Below are positions 56,839-64,000 of a DNA stretch of 64,000 bases, in pieces. Below the pieces are notes generated by a model, which saw only the letters and a program-made list of their open reading frames with translations, searched no databases and was not told the origin of the DNA. The stretch is from a virus. The stretch lies in IMG/VR virus record IMGVR_UViG_3300042330_000433, positions 1-64,000 of that record; one strand, written 5' to 3'. Both the position numbers and the translations under genes were made by a program. Numbering within the stretch: position 1 is the first letter of the stretch; every line of letters starts with the position of its first letter.

Positions 56839-57575
56839 TATTCTAATGACATTATTAATTCTTTGTATTTTTCACATTTTTCTTCAAACTTAATTCTATC
56901 ATCAATAACTTTAAGTACATTATCAAATTTACCTTTAGTTTCAGTTTGAACTAAATTCCACATTTGTTGTGCAATTTCTCTAATTTCTAATTGAGCATGT
57001 TCACTATTTCTTAATTTAATAAAATTAGCAAAACTTCTCATATTAAAAGTTACATCAGCTTGAATTTGTGAATTATATGTTTTAAAAAATCTAGCACTTT
57101 CTTTAGCTCTTTTACGACCTAATACTGGTGTAATTTGTTCTAAAGAGGCATGATATAATTTATTACCTAATTCATTATATCTTTCTAAAAGTTGTTTCCA
57201 AGTTTCATAACCTGAAGTAAATTTTTTAGTAAACTTATTAAATTTAGAATCATCAAATTCAATTCCAATCCAATCTTCAGGTAAATAAAATTTATCTTCT
57301 TTTAATTCTTTATATCTAGCTGATTCACCATTGATATTAGCCATTCTATGTTTTAATAAATGAATATGACTAGCTATTTCAGTATCAACTAAAAAGTGTA
57401 CTGAAACTTTCTCGAATGGTGTTTCGTGATGATTAGACCAAAGCATTTCTAATAAATTAGGAATTCTTTCTCTTTTAGCATCTGTAATATCTCTTGATGT
57501 ACTAGTCCAAGCAGATTGTGCTACAACTTCATCACTTCCATAGAATCCTAATAATTCTACTTTATTGTTATTCAT
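56838..57575 (-). CDS. thyX: flavin-dependent thymidylate synthase
   Basis: HETPFE, KHRxxxxNGESARY, KESAR, LRNSEHAQLEIR. Confidence 0.9.
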   Translation of the reverse strand: MNNNKVELLGFYGSDEVVAQSAWTSTSRDITDAKRERIPNLLEMLWSNHHETPFEKVSVHFLVDTEIASHIHLLKHRMANINGESARYKELKEDKFYLPEDWIGIEFDDSKFNKFTKKFTSGYETWKQLLERYNELGNKLYHASLEQITPVLGRKRAKESARFFKTYNSQIQADVTFNMRSFANFIKLRNSEHAQLEIREIAQQMWNLVQTETKGKFDNVLKVIDDRIKFEEKCEKYKELIMSLE

Positions 57576-57891
57576 TCTTTATATTTTTATCAACATATCT
57601 ATCATCCATATCTTTTTTAAAAAGATACATATAAGATAAAAACATTGCATTACACAATATATGACCTACATGTGAAAGTTTACTTTCAGGGTCATCATTT
57701 TCTCCTTCCATAAAAGCATTTAAATGTCTTTGTAAACTTTCTGTTACTTCAGAGTATTTAAGTCCTTTTTTCCAATTATTAGCTGAATATTTATTAGCAC
57801 CAAACATTAATACTTTAACCATTGGTTCTAATGATTTCCAACTAACTAAACTCCATTTTATTTTTCCTTCATTATATCTCTCTGCATTCAT
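57568..57891 (-). CDS. dATP/dGTP diphosphohydrolase (DUF5664-like)
   Basis: GKIKWSL, FGANKYSANNWKKG, SLQRH, DPESKLSHVGHILCN. Confidence 0.85.
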   Translation of the reverse strand: MNAERYNEGKIKWSLVSWKSLEPMVKVLMFGANKYSANNWKKGLKYSEVTESLQRHLNAFMEGENDDPESKLSHVGHILCNAMFLSYMYLFKKDMDDRYVDKNIKNE

Positions 57892-57900
57892 ATTTTAAAT

Positions 57901-57934
57901 AAAGCCACTACCTAATTGATAGTGGCTTTTTTTT
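57901..57934. terminator. intrinsic terminator, probably bidirectional
   Basis: AAAGCCACTA-cctaattga-TAGTGGCTTT with T-rich tails in both directions. Confidence 0.75.
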
Positions 57935-57945
57935 GTTTCTATTTA

Positions 57946-58692
57946 TTAACCTTGTACTTCAACATGGTTATTATTAATAACAGTTGCATCATCTTCATTT
58001 ACAACAAATGTCCAAGTGCTAATTCTGTTTCCACTATTAGGATTATTTGCAGTAATAACTGAACTAGACAATTCATTTAATACATCACGAAATACAGGTA
58101 ATTCATTAAAAACATTTGTAGTAGTTGACATAATAAATACAGCACATCTACTACCTTGGTTACCTTGAAAACTTGCAATAATATCTTGAATAATAGATAC
58201 ATAAATATCTCTAAAAGTTTCATCAATATTAATTTCAGGATTTAAAGTAAATGCAGTAGTGTGTTGTCTTAAATAGTTAGTAAAATTTTCCTTCATTGCT
58301 AGTAAATGATCAACTATATTATTTAATCCTAAAAAAGAAAATACTCCACAACTTGCTGCAATTCTACTAAAATTTACAATTTGTCTTGAATCGTAATTAA
58401 ATACATTCCTTCCAATAAATGGACAACTAACTGTAAAACCAAAAGTATCATTTTCTTTTACCACAGCTGTAGTAATGTTTAATTCATTAATTACTGGAAT
58501 TACTGGTGTTGGTGGTGGAACTGGTCGAGCAGGTCTTTCAGCAATTACTCTAAATAAATTTTTAGCATAATTTTTTTGAACACCATTATCATTTATTAAA
58601 GTGTATCTAGTTTCTGATTCTTCAATTAAATCGTAATCTTCATTTACACTAATTGATTTATTATTTCCAGTTTTTAAACATTTTAATCTCAT
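57946..58692 (-). CDS. two-domain hypothetical protein with Pro-rich linker
   Basis: SH3-like N-terminus, PARPVPPPTPVIP, SCG...NPNSGN C-terminal domain. Confidence 0.7.
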   Translation of the reverse strand: MRLKCLKTGNNKSISVNEDYDLIEESETRYTLINDNGVQKNYAKNLFRVIAERPARPVPPPTPVIPVINELNITTAVVKENDTFGFTVSCPFIGRNVFNYDSRQIVNFSRIAASCGVFSFLGLNNIVDHLLAMKENFTNYLRQHTTAFTLNPEINIDETFRDIYVSIIQDIIASFQGNQGSRCAVFIMSTTTNVFNELPVFRDVLNELSSSVITANNPNSGNRISTWTFVVNEDDATVINNNHVEVQG

Positions 58693-58693
58693 A

Positions 58694-58996
58694 TTATATA
58701 TTTTTGTATTTTTTTGTTGTTATGTATTTGTAAAATTTCTTTAGTTTGAAATTAATACGTTCTTTAATTAATTCATTAGAAAATATTTCAGTAATAACTT
58801 TTAGTCTTATTTTAACATCTCCTATTTCTTCTATAATTTTTAAATCTGATACTAAATCAGGTTTATTTTGTTTTTGTTTTAAAATTAAAGCTAATTCTAA
58901 TAACTCTTCTATTGTTTTAGAAATTGTATAATCTCTATCATTAACATTAAGTAAATGATCATATACAATGTCTTTTTCATTTTGTTCCATTAGCAA
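58694..58996 (-). CDS. MazG-like NTP pyrophosphohydrolase
   Basis: KTIEELLEL...IIEEIGDV. Confidence 0.75.
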   Translation of the reverse strand: MLMEQNEKDIVYDHLLNVNDRDYTISKTIEELLELALILKQKQNKPDLVSDLKIIEEIGDVKIRLKVITEIFSNELIKERINFKLKKFYKYITTKKYKNI

Positions 58997-59259
58997 TAAT
59001 TATTTTTTAGTAACCATTCATATTCTTCAACATTCCAAATATAATTTTCGATATCAATATCTGGAATTAATCTTAAATTGCACAATAATTGACCAAATCT
59101 TAAGTCTGGATTATTATTCCACATTTTTTCAATATCATCCCAAGTATCATAAATATTATGAATTATTTCAGGATTGTTTGTATTTAAAAAATGAGATAAT
59201 ATTTTATCATTATTTTCAAATAAATACAAACAAATTGGTATTCTTGTTTTACTTCGCAT
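58990..59259 (-). CDS. DUF1040/YihD-like protein
   Basis: MRxxxRI...WNNNPDLRFGQLL. Confidence 0.65.
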   Translation of the reverse strand: MRSKTRIPICLYLFENNDKILSHFLNTNNPEIIHNIYDTWDDIEKMWNNNPDLRFGQLLCNLRLIPDIDIENYIWNVEEYEWLLKNNYC

Positions 59260-60520
59260 TATCTCTATATTTTGTTAAACAATCTTGAACTCCATCACAA
59301 TAAATTATATTGTAATCAGTTACATCTTGAATCATTTTATTAAACCACACAACTTCTTGTGTACCTTGTGTTACAATAATAAATACATTGCCAACTTTAT
59401 CTTTATTTTGTCTTAATCTACCCATCATTTGAATAAGTTTCACTTGTGAGCTATAATAAGACATTATAAAGCAATTATCTAAATCTGGTAAGTTAGCACC
59501 TTGAACTAATTTTTTAAAAGATCCAATTACAGTAATTATATCTTTTTCAAAATTATTTAAAATTACATTATTTACACTATCTGAATTTAAAGATGATACT
59601 ATATTTGGTGTAATTTTTTTTAAAGATTCTAAACTTGTTCCAAAAACAATACTTTTAGTTTTAATATTAGCTAATAAAACTTTAATAATACAAACTTTAC
59701 TTAATAAATTATAAAGTATATTACTTCTTTTATTAGAAGCTTGAATTATTTTTAATTGTCTTTTTTCTTCAAATCTAACCCAATCTTCATTTTCTTTAGG
59801 TTCTAAATTTACAGCTTCATTAAATAGTTTAGTTGCATATGAATAAGCACTAGCTTCAGTTTGATAAAAAGGTGAATGTTTTGCACCACCTAATACATTC
59901 TTATTAACACTATCCAATTTATTTTGTATAACATAAATATTTAATTTACGAGAAGTGTTATCTAGTTGTCCTTGATTAACTGTGTATTTAAAGCAAATAG
60001 GAGCGATTTTAGCAATCATTTCATATTTGTTAATCATATCTTTACCAAAGAAATTTCGAAGCGGCAAATCCTTTTTAATTGTATAATATTGTTCACTTTT
60101 TAATAATGCTGTTAATCCAATAACTGCATCATATTTATTATAAATGTGAAATTTAATATATTCAGGTGTTAATTGTTCGTGAATTTCATCACAACCAACT
60201 AAACCAAATTTATAATTTTTCCATTTATAAACTTCTTGATAGCAATGAAACTGTAAATTATACATTGCTAGAACGTCAACATTATAAATTTTATTAAAAA
60301 CTTTAATTTGTTCTTGTAAATCTCTATCTCTGGCAGTTGTTTCAGCTAAAAATAAATGTACAGTATCTTGTTGATGTTTTGGCATAGTCATTAATGCTTT
60401 TAAAAATATAAACATTTTTCCAATACCTGTAATAGCTTCAACTGTACCTCTTTTACCTAAATAAATCCATTTTTCTATCGCATCATCTTGTATTCTATTT
60501 TTCTTTTCGTTTAATTCCAT
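59249..60520 (-). CDS. superfamily 2 DNA helicase (DExH)
   Basis: TGIGK, DEIH, GLTA, GANLP, QMMGRLR. Confidence 0.9.
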   Translation of the reverse strand: MELNEKKNRIQDDAIEKWIYLGKRGTVEAITGIGKMFIFLKALMTMPKHQQDTVHLFLAETTARDRDLQEQIKVFNKIYNVDVLAMYNLQFHCYQEVYKWKNYKFGLVGCDEIHEQLTPEYIKFHIYNKYDAVIGLTALLKSEQYYTIKKDLPLRNFFGKDMINKYEMIAKIAPICFKYTVNQGQLDNTSRKLNIYVIQNKLDSVNKNVLGGAKHSPFYQTEASAYSYATKLFNEAVNLEPKENEDWVRFEEKRQLKIIQASNKRSNILYNLLSKVCIIKVLLANIKTKSIVFGTSLESLKKITPNIVSSLNSDSVNNVILNNFEKDIITVIGSFKKLVQGANLPDLDNCFIMSYYSSQVKLIQMMGRLRQNKDKVGNVFIIVTQGTQEVVWFNKMIQDVTDYNIIYCDGVQDCLTKYRDNAK

Positions 60521-60534
60521 TTATGTTAAAATAA

Positions 60535-60606
60535 AGAGAGAAGTTGGGATTTGAACCCTTTTTTCCTGGAAATTTACCATGTGGTGAACGTTACACCCTT
60601 CTCTCT
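60535..60606 (-). ncRNA. degenerate tRNA-like cloverleaf (pseudo-tRNA)
   Basis: 72 nt; AGAGAGAAG/CTTCTCTCT closing stem, GGTG/CACC arm, TGG-N7-CCA arm, GGG-TTCAAAT-CCC T-loop; no U33, no CCA end. Confidence 0.55.
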
Positions 60607-60655
60607 ATTATTAATTAATTATTTATAACAATTTTTTATTAGATATTAATATCAT

Positions 60656-61222
60656 TTATTCACATGATTTACATTCGTTAATCTTATTGTAAACATTTTT
60701 AATCCAAGTTTTAAATTGATCTAAAGTCATATCTGATTTACATCTATTACATATTCTACAACATGGTACAACATTATTTTCAATATAACCTTTTGTATTA
60801 TCAATTCTATCTACTCCATTATAAATGTAAGTTCCAGTTTTATTTTGATTTTTTGCTTTATTTGAAGGTACTTGATCACAATAATGACAATTTTTATTTA
60901 CAATTTCTAAAAACTTTTCTTTTGATATTTTAAATTCGTAATTTCTATTTCTAGCATGTCTAAGATATTGTGTGAAAACACCATTGATAGCAGATTCACC
61001 ATTAGGTAATGTTTTTAATAATTTTTTACAATTATTACACATTTTACCTTTTAAAGATCTTAATGTCCATAATCCAATAATTGATTCTTTATCACATTTA
61101 CAAAGACATTTATAAAAAGGTTGTCTAGATTTATTATAGTTTTTAAGATATTCAAAAGATATTATTTGATAATTATTATAAATTTTACCAATATAACTTT
61201 CAATATTAATTACCCCTGACAT
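60656..61222 (-). CDS. HNH homing endonuclease
   Basis: CLCKC, CHYC, NGVDRIDNTKGYIENNVVPCCRICNRCK. Confidence 0.88.
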   Translation of the reverse strand: MSGVINIESYIGKIYNNYQIISFEYLKNYNKSRQPFYKCLCKCDKESIIGLWTLRSLKGKMCNNCKKLLKTLPNGESAINGVFTQYLRHARNRNYEFKISKEKFLEIVNKNCHYCDQVPSNKAKNQNKTGTYIYNGVDRIDNTKGYIENNVVPCCRICNRCKSDMTLDQFKTWIKNVYNKINECKSCE

Positions 61223-62835
61223 GAATCACAATTATTAATATCTCTTGCAAATGATTGAGCTGCATTTTGACTAAATTGATAATACAAAGTTTTAACACCT
61301 TCTTCCCAAGCATAAATATAAAGTTTATTTATATCTTTAGCTGATACAGAAGGGTGAATTGTTAAATTAACACTTTGTGATTGATCAATAAATTGTTGTC
61401 TTTGAGCAGCTTGTAAAATTACTTCTTTAGGTGTTATTTCAATAAATGATTTAAATACTTCTTTAGTTGGAAAATCTAAATGTTGAACAGATCCATCATT
61501 TTTTAAAATAGATTCCCAAACTTCTGTTGTATTTAAATTATATTTATCTAATTCCTCAATTAATTTAGGATTTTTATAAACACTCTTAATTTTAGCTAAA
61601 TCTTTTACAAAATAATTAGATTTGATTGGTTCAATACCCATAGAAACTTGTCCTAAAATATATGAACTTGACTTAGTTGGAGCAATTGCTAATAATGTTG
61701 TATTAGCAAAACCTTTTCTAAGTGATTTCATACCTAAATATTCACAACAAAATTGCGATGCTAAATCACTTTTTTCTTTTAAAGTTTTAAAGATTTTATA
61801 ATTTTTTTGTTTAGCTTCTAAAGATTCAAAAGGTATTAAATTTTCTTGTAAATAACTATGATAACCTAATACACCTAAACCAATGGCTCTATGTTCTTTA
61901 GCAAATCTCCATGCTCTTTTCATTCCAGGTAATGTTTCAGATTTAGTAATAAAATCTGACATAACTGCATTTAAAAATAAAACATAAGTTTCAATAGCTT
62001 CAGTTTTTTCTATTTCATCCCAATGAAGTAAATTAATAGAACCTAAACAACATACAAATGAATTGTAAGTATCATTAGGTAAAGCTATTTCTGAACATAA
62101 ATTACTATGATTGATAGTTAATCCTAATTCTTTATAAGGAGTATTATTATTAACATTATCTTTAAAGAATAAATATGGAAAACCAAATTCACTTCTTCTT
62201 TGAATAACTTTTGCCCAAATAATTCTTTTATCAGAATCACCTGCAATCATAGATTTCATCCATTCATCTGTAATGGTAATACCATACTGTAAATTTTGGA
62301 TTGGATTACCTTCTGTACCAATATCTAATAATTCATTAATATCAGCATGTTCAATTGGTAAATATACTGCACATGAACCACGTCTTGTATCAGATTGCTT
62401 AAATACATCAACTACTGTATCATATATTCTTGCATAATGAACTGGTCCATCAGCTTGTCCACCAATTGATATTTTAGAACCTCTTTTTCTAATATTTCCC
62501 AAATATGCAGATGTACCTCCGCCATATTTAGACATCATACCAATTTCTCTACCAGCATTTAAAATACTATCAGATGAATCATCAATATTAGTTCCAAAAC
62601 AACTAATTGCAAGACCTTTTTCTTTTCCAAAATTAACCCATACTGGTGTAGATAAAGAATAAAATCCTTTTTTCATATATCCTAAAAATTTCATGGCATA
62701 ATCTTTTATACCTAATATTTTTTCAGCATGGTTTGCAATTTCTATTAATCTTTCTTCTGGACTTTGTCCTTCACTTAAATAACCACGAGATAAAAATTTT
62801 CTCGAGTCATCATTTAACCACTTATATTCACTCAT
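61210..62835 (-). CDS. nrdA: ribonucleotide reductase class Ia alpha subunit (no ATP cone)
   Basis: ISCF, GGGT, SNLCSEI, AIAPTKSSS, IDQSQS, KTLYY, C-terminal CDSC. Confidence 0.95.
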   Translation of the reverse strand: MSEYKWLNDDSRKFLSRGYLSEGQSPEERLIEIANHAEKILGIKDYAMKFLGYMKKGFYSLSTPVWVNFGKEKGLAISCFGTNIDDSSDSILNAGREIGMMSKYGGGTSAYLGNIRKRGSKISIGGQADGPVHYARIYDTVVDVFKQSDTRRGSCAVYLPIEHADINELLDIGTEGNPIQNLQYGITITDEWMKSMIAGDSDKRIIWAKVIQRRSEFGFPYLFFKDNVNNNTPYKELGLTINHSNLCSEIALPNDTYNSFVCCLGSINLLHWDEIEKTEAIETYVLFLNAVMSDFITKSETLPGMKRAWRFAKEHRAIGLGVLGYHSYLQENLIPFESLEAKQKNYKIFKTLKEKSDLASQFCCEYLGMKSLRKGFANTTLLAIAPTKSSSYILGQVSMGIEPIKSNYFVKDLAKIKSVYKNPKLIEELDKYNLNTTEVWESILKNDGSVQHLDFPTKEVFKSFIEITPKEVILQAAQRQQFIDQSQSVNLTIHPSVSAKDINKLYIYAWEEGVKTLYYQFSQNAAQSFARDINNCDSCQG

Positions 62836-63809
62836 TAAAACAAATCATTTTCAGTTATACTCTTACTTTTTTTATTGTAATCAATGGATTTCTTATAAAA
62901 GAAGTCACCTTCTTTTGTTGAACTGATTTCCACATCAAACCATAATGTTGGTTCAAGTAATTCTATGTTTGTTTCAAATGCGTTTTTTAAGTTAATTTTA
63001 TTTAGTGAATTATTAAACCTATTTTTTATAAATTCTTTAATTTGAGCTTTAGATATAAAATCTAATTCTCCTTTTTCAAATATCCAATCTAATATTTCAC
63101 ATTCTGCAGTATAAGCTTTCTTACAAGCAGAATATATTAAATCTTCAAATTCTTTGTCGAACCATTCAGGAAATTCAGACTGAATAATGTTAATTATTTC
63201 AGCACCAAAATTACCATGAATATCTTCTTCTTTACTAGTAGATTCTACTACATTTGATATACCTTTAAATAAATTTTTATCTTTATTAAAAGACATCATT
63301 ATTAAAAATTGACTAAATAAAGATACGTGTTCAATAAATAATGAAAATAACAATACTGATTTAGTATACATTTTATTATCACCACTTCTAGCACCGCTTA
63401 AATATTTTTCAAGATATTTAATTCTATTCTTTATTGCAGGAATTTCAACAACTGTTTCAAATTCTTTTTGTAGACCTAATATAGTTAACAATTTTGCATA
63501 AGCATCTTTATGTCTAACTTCTGATTCTGCAAATGTCATACCAACATCACCAATTTCAGGAATTGGCATATGTTTGTACATATCTGCCCAAAAAGTTTTA
63601 ACATTAACTTCTATTTGTGCAATAGCTAACATTGTTTTTTTTATTACATCTTTTTCTACATCAGTAGTTTTAACATAATAATCTGAGATATCTGTAGTAA
63701 AATTATACTCAGTATCTATCCAATATGAATGTCTGATTGCATCTTTGTATTTGAGCAATTCAGGATACTCATAGGGCATTATATTTATTCTCTTATCGAA
63801 TATACTCAT
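62835..63809 (-). CDS. nrdB: ribonucleotide reductase class Ia beta subunit
   Basis: ESEVRHKDAY, EHVSLFSQF, EEDIH, DFF. Confidence 0.95.
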   Translation of the reverse strand: MSIFDKRINIMPYEYPELLKYKDAIRHSYWIDTEYNFTTDISDYYVKTTDVEKDVIKKTMLAIAQIEVNVKTFWADMYKHMPIPEIGDVGMTFAESEVRHKDAYAKLLTILGLQKEFETVVEIPAIKNRIKYLEKYLSGARSGDNKMYTKSVLLFSLFIEHVSLFSQFLIMMSFNKDKNLFKGISNVVESTSKEEDIHGNFGAEIINIIQSEFPEWFDKEFEDLIYSACKKAYTAECEILDWIFEKGELDFISKAQIKEFIKNRFNNSLNKINLKNAFETNIELLEPTLWFDVEISSTKEGDFFYKKSIDYNKKSKSITENDLF

Positions 63810-64000
63810 TAATTATTTTTATCATTCAACATTTGTGCTGTTGCACTCTCTTTCAACTTTAAAGTTTCGTTACTAACTTCAACTTTTTCTCCGAGTTCTG
63901 AATGTAAATCTAATTTTATTTTTAGTTTTTCTTCGAGTTGTTTTTTTAATTTTTCATCCTTATAAAGGATTTGTTTGATCTTTAAAATCAGATTTATTCC
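63809..64000 (-). CDS. 3' end of a hypothetical protein (truncated by the window edge)
   Basis: Open frame ...ILYKDEKLKKQLEEKLKIKLDLHSELGEK...* with TAATG coupling to nrdB. Confidence 0.6.
   Translation of the reverse strand, partial: GINLILKIKQILYKDEKLKKQLEEKLKIKLDLHSELGEKVEVSNETLKLKESATAQMLNDKNN

Noticed and set aside
1597-62921. Antisense or nested ORFs in the track (1597, 2417, 6851, 9306, 13266, 14227, 16281, 18203, 18668, 21848, 22415, 25315, 29154, 36745, 39227, 40165, 41545, 53499, 56054, 58746, 58968, 62733)
   Set aside because: Shadow frames of well-supported genes, mostly with S/L/F/I-rich antisense composition and no supporting signals.
1-64000. Stop-codon reassignment, known in some crAss-like groups
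   Set aside because: Long genes are intact in code 11; TAG ends the portal, and TGA ends 24509..24880 and 27454..27939 in ATGA overlaps.
1-64000. CRISPR array, diversity-generating retroelement, retron or invertible tail cassette
   Set aside because: No repeat-spacer array, reverse transcriptase, adenine-specific repeat pair or recombinase seen; the 93-bp repeat lies in endonuclease genes.

Overview
AT-rich (roughly 25% GC, by eye) segment of a crAss-like (Crassvirales) podophage genome. It resembles the Cellulophaga phage phi14:2 type, and the host is probably Bacteroidetes/Flavobacteriaceae. Layout: (i) 1-1.8 kb, leftward genes separated by ORF-free, hairpin-dense spacers; (ii) 2.0-55.7 kb, a rightward late block with a candidate ncRNA, small Zn-ribbon/wHTH/IHF-like genes, GroES and GroEL, terminase, portal, scaffold, major capsid, ring/tail genes, a beta-helix tailspike, lysis genes, the muzzle, cargo proteins and a 2493-aa virion RNA polymerase (DFDVD motif); (iii) 55.7-64 kb, leftward nucleotide-metabolism and replication genes (KTSC, ThyX, dATP/dGTP diphosphohydrolase, MazG-like, SF2 helicase, NrdA, NrdB). 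Seven free-standing homing endonucleases are interspersed. Nine Bacteroidetes sigma-type promoters (YTWG-N20-TAnnTTWG) are readable. Best novelty candidates: a 17-bp box exactly 28 bp upstream of three promoters (portal, scaffold/capsid, and a structured ~265-nt ncRNA); terminal cysteines placed head-to-tail on three nearly Cys-free giant ejection proteins; a hairpin array folding on the template strand of the leftward genes; a macro-like domain fused to the virion RNAP; endonuclease genes that duplicate the ends of the genes they invade; and a degenerate tRNA-like element. All product calls come from motif recognition; no searches were run.
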